A DNA stretch of 64,000 nucleotides, taken from positions 256,001 through 320,000 of the forward strand of contig JACPJW010000001.1 of the NCBI GenBank assembly GCA_016187335.1. Direction: 5' to 3'. Positions within the stretch are counted from its first letter, which is position 1; each line of letters opens with the position of its first letter. The notes beneath the pieces are model-generated. The model had not been told where the DNA came from. It was given only the letters and a program-made list of their open reading frames with translations, and did no database searches. Origin of the DNA: Candidatus Aenigmatarchaeota archaeon. GTDB taxonomy: Archaea; Aenigmatarchaeota; Aenigmatarchaeia; GW2011-AR5. This document shows, one piece after another, positions 17,284 through 27,789 of this stretch. The translations under genes and the position numbers were made by a program.

Positions 17284-18427
17284 CAACCCTGCGCTGGAGT
17301 TCCGTCATGTTTTGGTAACCGCCTCTTTTCATTCTTAATAAGACGCCGTACATCAGCAGCTTTGCAAGCCCAAGTCCGTAAAATGTGTAAGGAGTGTAGC
17401 CTTCAACCATGTTCACTTTTTTGTCATCGTCCCTGAACAACGTGTAAGCAAGGTAAGGGTCAAATATACCGCCTGTAGCGCTTATCACCGATTCAGGAAA
17501 TTCTCTTCTTAGGTCGGTAACAGCTTTTATCATATAACCTGTTAAGTCTCTCCCGCTCCTGCCTGCAGAACCATAAGGCCAGTTCTTCGGGACTTTCAGT
17601 GTGTTGACGACCGTGAAGCCGTCACCGCCTCCTTTCATCCATGCTTCTGCAAGCCTGAAAGATTCCTTTCTTTCTTCTTCTGTCCTGTAAGGTCCCATCT
17701 TGACTAGCTTGAGTATATCCTCTCCAGCCATCTCGTGGATAAATCTTGCAGTTGCTTCGAAATGTTCGGGGGTTCTAAGCATCTGCAAAGATGCGGTGTT
17801 AGGAGAAAAAGGATTCCATTCAAAACCGTCAACATAGGGCAGAAGATTTGCAATAAGTATTTCCATTTCTTTGTACGCTTGGTTCATTTTGTCAGGCGAC
17901 GGCGGGATTCCGCAAATGCTGGCATATACTGGCTTCCTCACGCCTCTTGGAAGTTCATTCTGCCTGTACAGAATGAGTTTCGCCAAAAAATACTCAAGCC
18001 CTTCGCTGGGAAATCCCTGCGCATTATCAATATTTTCAAGTACATGATCAACATCTATGCGCGGCGCCTTATTGCCTTCCCTATAAGGCACAACAACCGT
18101 TCCGGGTTTCAGAAAGCCGAAGACTCTTGAAAACGGCTCAAGAAGATCCCCATTCTTGTCAAAGCCCGCAGCAGGCCCAAACGGAACAAATACACGGCCC
18201 TTCACTTCAGTTTTCATGTCATCTATATCAAATTCTTTAAACCGCCTTTCCAGGATGTCCAGATTCGCGTTAAGAAACCTTGTTGCATCGTTGTGCACGA
18301 TTTCCGCTATATTTCTGCTGGCTTCTCCATCCACGCTGAGATAAGCCTTGAGGTAAGCATCGAAGTAAGCAGCCGTCCTGAGAAAAAGCCTGAAAATTAG
18401 AGGCTCGTCAATGCCTGCCTCGAACAA
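17252..18427 (-). CDS. pyrD: Dihydroorotate dehydrogenase, class 2-like, divergent
   Basis: PFGPAAGFDKNG, NPFSPNT (catalytic Ser kept), VKMGP, VNT and ATGGI. Start codon uncertain (TTG). Confidence 0.75.
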   Translation of the reverse strand: MFEAGIDEPLIFRLFLRTAAYFDAYLKAYLSVDGEASRNIAEIVHNDATRFLNANLDILERRFKEFDIDDMKTEVKGRVFVPFGPAAGFDKNGDLLEPFSRVFGFLKPGTVVVPYREGNKAPRIDVDHVLENIDNAQGFPSEGLEYFLAKLILYRQNELPRGVRKPVYASICGIPPSPDKMNQAYKEMEILIANLLPYVDGFEWNPFSPNTASLQMLRTPEHFEATARFIHEMAGEDILKLVKMGPYRTEEERKESFRLAEAWMKGGGDGFTVVNTLKVPKNWPYGSAGRSGRDLTGYMIKAVTDLRREFPESVISATGGIFDPYLAYTLFRDDDKKVNMVEGYTPYTFYGLGLAKLLMYGVLLRMKRGGYQNMTELQRRVATSQTSSGRS

Positions 18428-18496
18428 TTGTCTGACAATCGGATTTCTGTAATCCAGATGAACCCTCTCTTAATTACGCGCTCAAGAATAAAAGCC

Positions 18497-19030
18497 TTAC
18501 TTGTGGTATTTTCCCCACACCTCGACGAAGCGCTCGAAATTTATCAGCACTGTTCTGCCGTCGCCGCCCAGTTCCGGGTTGAAAGCCACGCCGAAGAACG
18601 GCTGCTGGAGGTCCATGATGACCTCGAAAGGATACTTCGCTGAAGACGCCATGACGGCAAAGTTTTCCGGCGCCTCGTTTATTGCGTATCTGGAATCTTT
18701 CATCACCACGAACATTCTTTTCATGTCAAGCAGCAGCGGACACGGCTTCTTCAGGGAAACCCTTTCCTGCCTTGCCGGCTTTGTTTCTGTGACTGATGCG
18801 CCGAAGGCGGCTGCAAGGTAAGCCGCGCCAAGGCCGATGCCGAGCAACGGCCTGCCGGAGTCGACGAGCTTTTGCGTATTTTTCTGCGCGTCCCTGTTCA
18901 TGGTCCCGTCGCTGAGGATGTAGGCGGATGCATTGTCCGGCAGCTTTTTCGGGTCGGCAATGGCGTTTTTCATCCTTATTGACCTTGAAATCTCTTCCGC
19001 GCCCTTGCCGTTGTTCACGATTACTATCAT
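18497..19030 (-). CDS. Class I glutamine amidotransferase homolog (GuaAA-like), catalytic residues lost
   Basis: PLLGIGLG (canonical GICLG) and GVAFNPE (canonical GVQFHPE). Confidence 0.75.
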   Translation of the reverse strand: MIVIVNNGKGAEEISRSIRMKNAIADPKKLPDNASAYILSDGTMNRDAQKNTQKLVDSGRPLLGIGLGAAYLAAAFGASVTETKPARQERVSLKKPCPLLLDMKRMFVVMKDSRYAINEAPENFAVMASSAKYPFEVIMDLQQPFFGVAFNPELGGDGRTVLINFERFVEVWGKYHK

Positions 19031-19185
19031 AATATCTAATATGAAATTAAGGAAAAAGTTTATTAAGTTGTCGCAGGGAATTTTCCGGAAAGTTTTCGTG
19101 AAAGTTTTAAAAGACTATCATGGCGAAAGGAAAAGCCGGATAAATTCCCGTAAAAACGGATTCTTGGCAAAATTCCGTTTTTGCT

Positions 19186-20067
19186 TTACTTCGTCGTTAT
19201 CAAAGGCTCGTCCCTGACGATGACAGTGTGCTCGTATTGCGCGACCTTGCCGCCGCTTTTTTCTTTGAGCACGGGGTATTCATAGACAGCCCCCCGCTGG
19301 CTGAGCTCGCGCAGGGCCATTCTTGTGTTAAAGAGCGGTAATGGTATCCACCGCTCCGCAAAAGGCAGCCCGCTGAACACCGACGCGAAATTCATTATCT
19401 TCCTTGCGTCAACGCTTCTCACGGGCTTTCTCTCGTGAATCATGAAAATGAAAACCGTCTCCGTGTCTTTTACAGCCCCTTCGCCGTCGGTTGCAAACGG
19501 CTCTATCGCCAGAACCTGGTCTTCCTTCAGAACATAAGAAGAATTGTTTTTTACGTTGGGTATTTCCGGCTCAGCATGTTCGGTGTAACGGTCCAGGCCG
19601 TGGCCTGTCAGGTTCCTTACAGGGTTGCAGTTGTGTTTCTTTATAGTATCCTCAATCCTTGCCGATATATCAGCAACCATTGCTCCGGGCTTGCACATCT
19701 TTACGGCTTCGTCCAGCGCTTCCTTCACCGCCTCAACGATATGCTGCTTTTCTTCGTTGAATGATACGGTGTAAGCAGTATCAGCTATGTATCCGTCAAC
19801 ATGGACGCCGATGTCAATTTTTACCATGTCCTTGTCGGCAATTTTCGTTTCGTCGTTCTTCGGCGGCGTGTAGTGCGCGGATATTTCATTCAGGGAAAGG
19901 TTCACGGGGAACGCGGGCTCGGCTCCCTTGCTGCGGATTGCTCCTTCAATCTGCTCGGCTAATTCCAGCAAAGGCTTGCCGACTTTGAGCCATGACCTGC
20001 TTTCTTCCCTGACCTCAGCAGCGATTTTGCCCGCTAAAAGATACTTCTCTTCGGCTTCCTTGTCCAT
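19186..20067 (-). CDS. map: Methionine aminopeptidase type II
   Basis: AHYTP, KIDIGVHVDGYIADTA, LTGHG, AIEPFAT and AQYEHT. Start set at MDKEAEE. Confidence 0.95.
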   Translation of the reverse strand: MDKEAEEKYLLAGKIAAEVREESRSWLKVGKPLLELAEQIEGAIRSKGAEPAFPVNLSLNEISAHYTPPKNDETKIADKDMVKIDIGVHVDGYIADTAYTVSFNEEKQHIVEAVKEALDEAVKMCKPGAMVADISARIEDTIKKHNCNPVRNLTGHGLDRYTEHAEPEIPNVKNNSSYVLKEDQVLAIEPFATDGEGAVKDTETVFIFMIHERKPVRSVDARKIMNFASVFSGLPFAERWIPLPLFNTRMALRELSQRGAVYEYPVLKEKSGGKVAQYEHTVIVRDEPLITTK

Positions 20068-20119
20068 GCGATTACTTTCAAAAACAAGTTTTAAGAAAGT
20101 TATCAGGCAAGTTTGAGCG

Positions 20120-20554
20120 ATGAACATTCTGTCCAGGCTTCGCTCAAAAGGCAGGCTGATTCACGTGATTGCCTATGCAGCCCTGGGATTTGTTATTTTG
20201 ACTCCGTTCTTGTTGTCAGCCCTTCAGCTTTTCAGCTTTTATCAGGATGGGCGTTTTCCCCCTGCAGAGTGGTTCATACACTTGATACCGGGACTTATCA
20301 CCGGCATTTCTTTGTTCCTGCTGGCTGCCGCAAAGGGAAAGCTGGTTCCTGATGAACATTTGGTGGCAGGAGTCGCGTTTGCAGGCTTGGGAAGCCTTTT
20401 CATCGGCGAATCTGTTTTATCTGTTTTCAGCATTTTCAGGCTTTCGTTTGAAATGGATTATACCTTTCTGCTGATGCTGCTGGTTGAGCTAATCGCCGGT
20501 TTGTCTTTTCTGGCTCTGGCCGTGATTAATCTCTTTGAGAAAAAAGGAAAATAG
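20120..20554 (+). CDS. Hypothetical membrane protein (about 4 TM)
   Basis: Several hydrophobic stretches in the translation. Confidence 0.65.
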   Translation: MNILSRLRSKGRLIHVIAYAALGFVILTPFLLSALQLFSFYQDGRFPPAEWFIHLIPGLITGISLFLLAAAKGKLVPDEHLVAGVAFAGLGSLFIGESVLSVFSIFRLSFEMDYTFLLMLLVELIAGLSFLALAVINLFEKKGK

Positions 20555-20564
20555 AATTCATCTG

Positions 20565-21050
20565 CTATCCGATGTAGTCGTCCTCAGATATTTCTATGAG
20601 TTCCAGCCCTTCGTAAGCAGGATGCCCGCCGGGATGCATGACCAGCGGCAGGAACTTGTTCATATCCTTCGCAAGCTCCGAAGAGACGTGGTGCTTTCCG
20701 AGAACCTGAGTGCATATCCGGTATGTGAGAATTCGCGTGGTTCTTTCATCCAGATAGCCCAAAGAGTGCAGGTATTCGTGGAGCAATATAGTGAAAAGGT
20801 ACGGTTTCAGATAATCCGGGTCGGTCTGCGTTATCCTTCTGATTGCTGACTTGTTCAGCACAATGATGTTGGAGCCCACGGGGTAGAAGGCGTTTGTAAT
20901 CCCGTTGCTGCTGTTGCCCAGTTCCATGAACCCTAGGTTTATTCCAGCCCGCGATTCGCCCGTAGTTTTCCTGACTGTTTCCTTCACCAGGTCAAAAACG
21001 TCCTCAAGGTTCTCTGCTTTCTCCAGGTCCTCGGATATTTTCGGAATCAT
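20565..21050 (-). CDS. Small HEXXH zinc-metalloprotease-like protein
   Basis: LLHEYLHSLGYLDE motif. Confidence 0.65.
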   Translation of the reverse strand: MIPKISEDLEKAENLEDVFDLVKETVRKTTGESRAGINLGFMELGNSSNGITNAFYPVGSNIIVLNKSAIRRITQTDPDYLKPYLFTILLHEYLHSLGYLDERTTRILTYRICTQVLGKHHVSSELAKDMNKFLPLVMHPGGHPAYEGLELIEISEDDYIG

Positions 21051-21152
21051 GATACCACAACGGATTTGTTTTCAAAGTAACTTTCAAAGCCGTAAGCATT
21101 AGTTCTGTTTATTCAGCCTGAATTTCTGCTCTGCTATCTTCCGCTTTGATTC

Positions 21153-24100
21153 TTATCCCGTGTACGACACTTCTTCATCTATCTTCTGCGCTTTGCGCTT
21201 TTTCAGCACCGAAGCGTAGAACTCGTTCATGTCGTCGCTGACCGAGGGCTTGACTTCCCTGAACGCCGAGTCGAAGTCGCGCTTAGTTATCTCGTCCGCC
21301 CTGTCGACGTCCTTGCGCATCGCGTTCATCGCCGCTTCCCTGCACAGCGCCTCTATGTCCGCTCCGCTGAATCCTTCCGTTTCCTTTGCCAGCTTTTTCA
21401 AATCAACGTCTTTTAGCGGCATGTCTTTCGTATGGACCTTCAGTATTTCATGCCGCGCCTTTTCGTCCGGGGTTGTGGTAAGAATCTGCCTGTCAAGTCT
21501 TCCCGGCCTCAGGAGGGCGGGGTCTATTATGTCGGGCCTGTTGGTTGCGGCAACCACGACAACATCGTGCAGGTCCTCTAATCCCGATATTTCTGCAAGC
21601 AGCTGGGAAACAACCCTTTCTGTGACGTTGCTGTCGCTTGAGTACCCCCTTCTGGGCACCAGCGCGTCGATTTCATCAAAAAATATTATTGACGGAGCTA
21701 CCTGCTTCGCCCGGCGGAACACGTCCCTGATATGCTTTTCGGATTCCCCCACCCACATTGACAGCAGCTCGGGCCCTTTGACGCTGATGAAGTTTGCCCC
21801 GCTCTCGTTGGCCACGGCCTTAGCCAGCAAGGTCTTGCCGCAGCCCGGTGGTCCGTAAAGCAGGATGCCCCTTGGCGGGCTGATGCCAAGCCTTTTGAAA
21901 GATTCCGGGTGCTCCAGTGGCCATTCCACGACCTCCCTCAGCTGCTGTTTCACTTCCTCAAGGCCGCCGATGTCGTCCCATTTCACCTTTGGTATTTCTA
22001 TCAGCACTTCCCGCATCGCTGAAGGCGCGACCATTTTCAGGGCGTGGTCGAAGTCCTCCTTTATTACAATAAGCTTTTTTAAAATGTCTGGCGGCAGCGG
22101 CTTGTCTTCCCTTAATTCCGACAAGTCAGGCAGCACCCGGCGCAGCGCGTGCATCGCGGCTTCCTTGCAGAGCGCGGCAAGGTCCGCTCCCACGTAGCCG
22201 TAAGTTATCTCCGATATTTTGTCAAGGTCGATTTCTTTCGCCAGGGGCATCCCCCTTGTGTGTATCTGCAATATCTCTTTTCTTCCTTCCTTTGTCGGGA
22301 CGCCTATTTCTATTTCCCTGTCAAAGCGGCCGGGCCTGCGAAGGGCGGGGTCAATGGAGTTTGGTATGTTGGTAGCGCCTATGACTATGACTTTTCCACG
22401 GGATTTCAGGCCATCCATCAAAGTGAGCAACTGCGAGACCACGCGTTTCTCCACCTCGCCCTTGACCTCCTCGCGCTTCGGCGCTATTGCGTCTATTTCG
22501 TCTATGAAAATTATCGCCGGCGAACTCTTCTCCGCCTGATCGAAGACCTTGCGAAGGTTTTCTTCACTGTTGTGCGCAAATATTCCGCCGAAGCCCGCGA
22601 CAAAGTTTTCATTAGGGTTGACGGAAACGTCGTATACGTTGCCGTCGTAATCGATTTCTTTCTTTTCCACAACTTTGTCCCAGACCAGTTCCGAGTCAAC
22701 AACGCGCCAGGCGTCCTCGTGCTTTTCCTTTTCCGGGTCGGTTTTCATCAGTTCTTTTTTCAAAATGTCCTTTCCTATTGTTTTGGAATTAGACCATGCA
22801 TTAAGCCGCTGGCTTGACTTAATCATTTCCCTCAATTCAGGCCAGATAGGTATTTTCTGCGTCTTGTCGAACTTTTTGGAATTAAGGTAGTTTGAAATTC
22901 TAGCGTTTCTTTTTTCGTCCAGAAATCCTATTTCCAAGAATTTTTTGAACCCTTCAGGACTTTGTATAAGAACCCGGTAGCAGAGCTTGCCGTTCTTTTC
23001 CGTCTTTACGCTGCACTTGGAGACTATCCCGAAATACAGCAGCGTGTACATCAGCGAGTTCGCAAGCTTCCTGCTGTGCGTGCTTCCTTCTATGGTATGC
23101 GCCATTTTCGGCGGATAAACGCTTCCGTCGCCCGTGAAATATCCGCGCAGCATTGGTTTGAGCAGGTTAAGCGGCATGGACATCAGCTTGGGCGTGATTT
23201 CCTTGTTGTCCGCGCCTGTTTTGATGCCAAGGATTTTTTCAAAAACAATTTTCAGCGGCTTGGAATTAAGCAGCATGTCGTCTTCGTATTCTGTCATGTG
23301 TATGCCGTATTTCTCGCAGAATCTTCTGACGACTTCCTTTGATTGCGGCAGTGAATTGGTTATCCTTATGGCATCTTTTGTGGTATACGAACCCTCCGCC
23401 AAGAACAATCCGACGAGGGTTGCGAAGTCCTCGTCCATGGTCATTTTTGCTGGCAGTTTTCCTGCGTTCTGTTTCGCTACGATGTCAACTTTCTCGTAAT
23501 CAGCCGGGATGCCGCTTTCTTCGGCAAGTTTCAGAAATTCCTTTATACTCACAGCCACGTTTTTGCCGTAGATGTCGTAAACGTATTTTTCCTTTACATC
23601 GAGAATTTGAGCAGCCCTTTCAATGCCGGTTTTCTTTACAAATTCCTTTATCTGCGGGCTTCTGACGGACAATTCTTCGCTGCCGGAAAGTTCCTTTAGT
23701 ATGTCTATTTCCTTGTAAGTTTCCGCCGCGGGCAGCCTTGAAGGCACGGCAAGGTAAGTATCGCCGGCTGTTATGTCGCTTGTTTTTACATCAGAAATTT
23801 TTCCGTCCTTGAGCGCGAACAAGGAATGGTAATCCGTGACTTTTATTTCCCTGCCGGTCGACGTCCTTATCTTGTATATCTTCTTGCCCTTCTGGAACGG
23901 ATGCTCGATGAAGCTTTTTATCTGCCCTTTCTGCACCCTGCCTTCTTCGTCAAACTCCGCAACAGAATCAGCTGATTTCGACTTAACAACTTCCCCTATT
24001 TCCTGCACGGACGCAAGGCCATTTTCCACGGTGAATATGCTTTCGTCAGGCGTGAGCGACTCCCCGTAAAATTTTGAATTGTGCAGCACTACAACAGCCG

Positions 24101-25391
24101 GATTACCTCCGATGAAATTAGAATAAGGATTTATTGCAAAATCAAAAACTTCTCCTTCGCCCAATTCTTCTATGGAGTTGACAGAAGCAAATTCCAATCC
24201 ATTTTCGCCTATCACGGCTGCCTGCTCTTTCTCTCTTAACTCCGTAATACGAACCCATTCGTTTCCGTCGTTTCTTTTGATTAAGAACGGCTGGTTGTAC
24301 GATGCCCTTACTTCTGCGCCGTTTGATAGTTTCACCCTGTATATTTTTGATTTGAGCTTGAAGGCATGGTGTATCCTGTCTTCAACTATTTTGTTTTCTT
24401 CGTTAAGGGCATAAACAAAGAAATCTTTGTCTGGTATAACGACTTCCAGATTTTCATGCCTTTCAGTAACTTTGCCGCTTTTCTTAACATCTTCATAAAG
24501 AGATTTTGCAGTCTTTACGCCTTCTGTGGTTTTTACTTCAGTTTCCCCGTCAACACACATTACCTCCGGACCGTTGATGACAAAAAACTTCGCGCCGCTC
24601 TCGTTGGCGACGGCCTTGGCAAGAAGGGTTTTTCCCGTGCCCGGCACCCCGTGAAGCAGTATGCCCTTGGGCGGCTCGATGCCCAGCCGCTCAAAAAGCT
24701 CAGGGTGCTTCAGCGGCAGCTCTATCATCTCCCTTACCTTAATGACCTCCTCGTGAAGCCCGCCCAAATCCTCGTAGGTCACCTCGGGTATTTTTTCCTC
24801 CTCAAGCGGCTTCGTCGCCTGCGGCAGCAGCTCAACGTCGGTCGCCCTTGTGATTCTTATGATTCCCTTGGGGTCAGCCGCCACGACAACGAATTTCTCC
24901 TCGCCAAAAGGCGTGAAGAAGAACTCGCCGAAATCCACGCCGAAGAACTGCTCAAACAGCGTTGTCTGGTTCCTCCTGTCCTGCACGACGGGGTTGGGTA
25001 TGATTATGTCTCCTAACAGAACAGGCCTCATGAGCAGGTTCTGCTTTATCAGGTTCGAGCCCATGTGTATGATGATGCCCTTGCGGGCAGGCGCTATTGT
25101 CACCGATTTTGCTTCCTTCGCATCCGCCTTCCTTATTGCAACGGGCTCGCCTATGCCCGCGTTGCAGTTCCTCCTGACCAGGCCGTCCATCCTGATGATG
25201 TCCAAGCCAACATCAGCAGGATAAGCCCTGATTACTATGGCCGCCGTCTTCCGCTTGCCCTCTATCTCGACAATGTCGCCTTCGGTGATGCCCAGCCTCT
25301 TCATGTCCTTGGCGGACAGCCTGACAATGCCCCTTCCAAAATCCGACCTTTCAGTAAGCTCGCCGACGCGCAGCTTTATCTCTTCTGTCAT
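21153..25391 (-). CDS. cdc48: Cdc48/VCP AAA+ ATPase with two inteins (about 755 aa after splicing)
   Basis: N-domain, D1 GVPGTGKT and FIDEID, D2 GPPGCGKT and FFDEID. The conserved NGPEVM-SKFYGE-SEENLR segment is interrupted twice. Confidence 0.95.
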   Translation of the reverse strand: MTEEIKLRVGELTERSDFGRGIVRLSAKDMKRLGITEGDIVEIEGKRKTAAIVIRAYPADVGLDIIRMDGLVRRNCNAGIGEPVAIRKADAKEAKSVTIAPARKGIIIHMGSNLIKQNLLMRPVLLGDIIIPNPVVQDRRNQTTLFEQFFGVDFGEFFFTPFGEEKFVVVAADPKGIIRITRATDVELLPQATKPLEEEKIPEVTYEDLGGLHEEVIKVREMIELPLKHPELFERLGIEPPKGILLHGVPGTGKTLLAKAVANESGAKFFVINGPEVMCVDGETEVKTTEGVKTAKSLYEDVKKSGKVTERHENLEVVIPDKDFFVYALNEENKIVEDRIHHAFKLKSKIYRVKLSNGAEVRASYNQPFLIKRNDGNEWVRITELREKEQAAVIGENGLEFASVNSIEELGEGEVFDFAINPYSNFIGGNPAVVVLHNSKFYGESLTPDESIFTVENGLASVQEIGEVVKSKSADSVAEFDEEGRVQKGQIKSFIEHPFQKGKKIYKIRTSTGREIKVTDYHSLFALKDGKISDVKTSDITAGDTYLAVPSRLPAAETYKEIDILKELSGSEELSVRSPQIKEFVKKTGIERAAQILDVKEKYVYDIYGKNVAVSIKEFLKLAEESGIPADYEKVDIVAKQNAGKLPAKMTMDEDFATLVGLFLAEGSYTTKDAIRITNSLPQSKEVVRRFCEKYGIHMTEYEDDMLLNSKPLKIVFEKILGIKTGADNKEITPKLMSMPLNLLKPMLRGYFTGDGSVYPPKMAHTIEGSTHSRKLANSLMYTLLYFGIVSKCSVKTEKNGKLCYRVLIQSPEGFKKFLEIGFLDEKRNARISNYLNSKKFDKTQKIPIWPELREMIKSSQRLNAWSNSKTIGKDILKKELMKTDPEKEKHEDAWRVVDSELVWDKVVEKKEIDYDGNVYDVSVNPNENFVAGFGGIFAHNSEENLRKVFDQAEKSSPAIIFIDEIDAIAPKREEVKGEVEKRVVSQLLTLMDGLKSRGKVIVIGATNIPNSIDPALRRPGRFDREIEIGVPTKEGRKEILQIHTRGMPLAKEIDLDKISEITYGYVGADLAALCKEAAMHALRRVLPDLSELREDKPLPPDILKKLIVIKEDFDHALKMVAPSAMREVLIEIPKVKWDDIGGLEEVKQQLREVVEWPLEHPESFKRLGISPPRGILLYGPPGCGKTLLAKAVANESGANFISVKGPELLSMWVGESEKHIRDVFRRAKQVAPSIIFFDEIDALVPRRGYSSDSNVTERVVSQLLAEISGLEDLHDVVVVAATNRPDIIDPALLRPGRLDRQILTTTPDEKARHEILKVHTKDMPLKDVDLKKLAKETEGFSGADIEALCREAAMNAMRKDVDRADEITKRDFDSAFREVKPSVSDDMNEFYASVLKKRKAQKIDEEVSYTG
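22569..24059 (-). mobile_element. Intein with LAGLIDADG homing endonuclease (497 aa)
   Basis: Starts with Ser (SLTPDES), block [19 protein letters not shown] and RGYFTGDGS endonuclease motifs, ends FAHN followed by Ser. Confidence 0.92.
24078..24557 (-). mobile_element. Mini-intein (160 aa, no endonuclease)
   Basis: Starts CVDGET, ends VVLHN followed by Ser; F-block VFDF. Confidence 0.9.
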
Positions 25392-25531
25392 GTTTCCACC
25401 TGAATCATAATGGAAAGAATATTTCCGGTTCTGTCTTGATTCTGCTTAAAGCCAAAATTGTGTTCCATTCCGGCCTTGGCATCCGTATTCCTTTCACTAT
25501 CACCTTTCTTTTTGATTATTAAAAAAGCTTT

Positions 25532-25867
25532 TCACCCCAAACCAGACCGGCGCATGAAATGCGTCATCAGCTTGTCAAAATCCTTCATCATTACCTCTAT
25601 TGTATCGTACTCAACCTTCTCGTCCCACTCGTCGAAGAACTGCTCGACCTGCTTCATGTGCTCCATGGCGACAATAAACACGGAATCCGCCACCTTCATG
25701 TGCGGCACCTCGTCCAGCAAGCCGGCGCGGTGATACACGTATTTCTTGTTCTCTCCCGGCACCGTCTGCTTCCACCCGTGCAGCTCCTTGAAGAACTTCG
25801 CTCTTTCATAAACAGAGTCAAAGCGGTCGCTGTTTGTCCTGAAACGGATTATGATGCAGCGAGGCAT
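25532..25867 (-). CDS. Conserved-looking hypothetical protein
   Basis: 111-aa ORF with host-like codon usage (FFKELHGW...GLLDEVPH.KVADSVFIV). Fold not determined. Confidence 0.6.
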   Translation of the reverse strand: MPRCIIIRFRTNSDRFDSVYERAKFFKELHGWKQTVPGENKKYVYHRAGLLDEVPHMKVADSVFIVAMEHMKQVEQFFDEWDEKVEYDTIEVMMKDFDKLMTHFMRRSGLG

Positions 25868-26011
25868 TCTAAACACCCCGGAATCGGGTTAGTGTATTTG
25901 CGACGCTAAAGTATTTAAGTCTTTAGGGTAGCAGGCGACACTAATTCAAGAGCCTTTACGAGAAGGCGTTTCCTGATCTGGTTTTCTTTGTGGAGAAGAA
26001 ATGGAAATAAC

Positions 26012-26632
26012 TTATTCTAATGTAGGAGAATGGTAACCTCGATCAAAAACGATGCTAAACTTAGAATCAGAAAGTATTCCTATTCTTTGTAATTCTTCAT
26101 TTATTATCTGTTCAGCTCTTTCAGAACTTAGATTTTGCGAAGGAACAAATTTGATAAACCATTCCTCTCTTGGGTAAATAGGAGCCAAAATATGTACCCA
26201 TCCTTCATCTATATTGAAATGTACCATGAGACGATCACCATTGATAGCCATATGTTTTGGTGAACCTGCCCATGCACTCTCCTTTGTCCAGTAGTCATCG
26301 CTTACGTTAAAATTAACATTTATGTAATCATATACTGGGTATATGTAATCCCCGCCCTTGCATCCGCCGTCTGGCAGTGGATTTTTACAGTCTGGTGGTT
26401 TTATTTCAATTCGGATTGCATAACCTTGATTTTTCGCATTTTCAAGAACATTTGTTATATTGTACTGTACTTTATTAACAAATGTATCGTAGTGTAAGCC
26501 GACTTCCATGTTTATAAAATGCTTTTGTTTTTGATTTTCTTCTCCTGTGATGTTACCCCCTTCATATCTCAAAATGAAAATTAATAATGAAACCAAAATT
26601 ACTATGGTTGTAAATAATAATGGATTTTTCAT
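26012..26632 (-). CDS. Hypothetical membrane-anchored/secreted protein
   Basis: N-terminal hydrophobic helix and several N-x-S/T sequons. Start at MKNPLL. Confidence 0.65.
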   Translation of the reverse strand: MKNPLLFTTIVILVSLLIFILRYEGGNITGEENQKQKHFINMEVGLHYDTFVNKVQYNITNVLENAKNQGYAIRIEIKPPDCKNPLPDGGCKGGDYIYPVYDYINVNFNVSDDYWTKESAWAGSPKHMAINGDRLMVHFNIDEGWVHILAPIYPREEWFIKFVPSQNLSSERAEQIINEELQRIGILSDSKFSIVFDRGYHSPTLE

Positions 26633-26722
26633 TTCAGCACCAATGAAGTTTAGTAGAAATATTTTTAAACAAGTTGATTGGGTGTCTATCACCCTCTACG
26701 CAACACCCCTCCTGCAACACCC

Positions 26723-26883
26723 GAGAATGCAATAGTAACACACAGGACTTGATAAATGCTTATCGGCTTTACTACAACTTCATTCGTGTACATCAAGGAT
26801 TAGGTATGACACCTGCGGAAAGGGCAGGATTGATGACGTTGGAAGGAAACAGATGGATTGAACTGTTAAAAATATTTCAATAA
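26723..26883 (+). pseudogene. C-terminal remnant of an IS6-like DDE transposase
   Basis: YRLYYNFIRVHQGLGMTPAERAG...NRWIELL resembles the C-terminus of archaeal IS6-like transposases. The rest of the gene is absent. Confidence 0.65.
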
Positions 26884-27101
26884 AATTCATCTTCAGGTTT
26901 TTTAGATTGTTTTATTATATGTCTTATAATAGTTGGTTGTATTTCTGGACGATGACTAACCATAGTAGTTAAGACTTCTGTATCAGTTTGTTTTCTGAAT
27001 TTCAAATGGCGTCCCTTTACTACTTTAACTTGCTGAAATCCATTACTTTGTAGTATTTGGATAATTTGTTTTCTTGGAAGTGGATGTAGTTTACCTTGCA
27101 T
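26877..27101 (-). CDS. hicA: HicA-family toxin
   Basis: 74 aa; QIIQILQSNGF...KGRHLKFRK...IIRHIIKQ; follows hicB. Confidence 0.75.
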   Translation of the reverse strand: MQGKLHPLPRKQIIQILQSNGFQQVKVVKGRHLKFRKQTDTEVLTTMVSHRPEIQPTIIRHIIKQSKKPEDEFY

Positions 27102-27113
27102 TAGAAATAACCT

Positions 27114-27509
27114 TCAGCATACTTTCACTATCTTATTGTTTTGAGCAAATTTATCGATAGGAAGATTTATTGGAATAGTTTTTACTTCTACTTGCAGTAT
27201 AGTTTCAACTTTTGGTTTCTTTGTATATGGGTCTGACATGTAATCGTCTATCATATCAATTATACTTTTAATGGCTTCTTCTTGTGTTTCTCCTTGTGCA
27301 CAAACATCAATTAATGGTGTAGTTGCAATCCATTCATTATTTTCTTTAAATATTGCTATAGGAAATTTTATTTGTATTGCAGATTTCAAACCCTGTTTTA
27401 TTAATTCTTGCATAGGTTGTGGTAATCTTTTGACATCTGGTAAATTACCAATTTCTTTTATAACATCTTTCAATTTAAAATCAGTCTTCTTCATATCCAT
27501 CCTAACCAC
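27114..27509 (-). CDS. hicB: HicB-family antitoxin
   Basis: WIATTPLIDVCAQGETQEEAIKSI is the HicB RNase H-like pattern. Confidence 0.75.
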   Translation of the reverse strand: MVRMDMKKTDFKLKDVIKEIGNLPDVKRLPQPMQELIKQGLKSAIQIKFPIAIFKENNEWIATTPLIDVCAQGETQEEAIKSIIDMIDDYMSDPYTKKPKVETILQVEVKTIPINLPIDKFAQNNKIVKVC

Positions 27510-27581
27510 ACCCTTTTATAAGGTTAGGACTAAAAGCATATAAGTCAAGTTTCGGTATATAAAGATTTTTTATTGGGCATT

Positions 27582-27619
27582 ATCAGCTGCTTGGGACACC
27601 TATTACCTATCAGCCGTAT
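27582..27619 (+). repeat. Imperfect direct repeat, copy 1 (ATCAG..TTGGGACACCTA..TATCAGCCGTA)
   Basis: Matches 29903-29937. Confidence 0.6.
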
Positions 27620-27789
27620 ATGGGACAATGCCAGAATTCGCGTTCTGTCGAAGATTCGGTTGGTGGATTAAATAAAATAGATGCTTTGTTAAACGGCATT
27701 GCTTCTGTCGTTTTTGGAAAATTGTTCCACATTCTCTTCTTTTAAGTCACTTTTGCCCTCTTATCTGCCTTTTGAGGAGGAGTGAGTAA

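Noticed and set aside
12214-25403. Many 60-240 aa antisense or alternate-frame ORFs over lhr, polB and cdc48 (and similarly elsewhere)
   Set aside because: They are shadows of long, motif-supported genes and show no recognisable motifs.
25532-25867. Cas2/VapD-like nuclease assignment
   Set aside because: Only a loose size and pattern resemblance; no diagnostic motif could be confirmed without a profile search.
27604-27730. 40-codon minus-strand ORF (MWNNFPK...) in the island spacer
   Set aside because: No clear ribosome-binding site or motif, and it overlaps the repeat; treated as chance.
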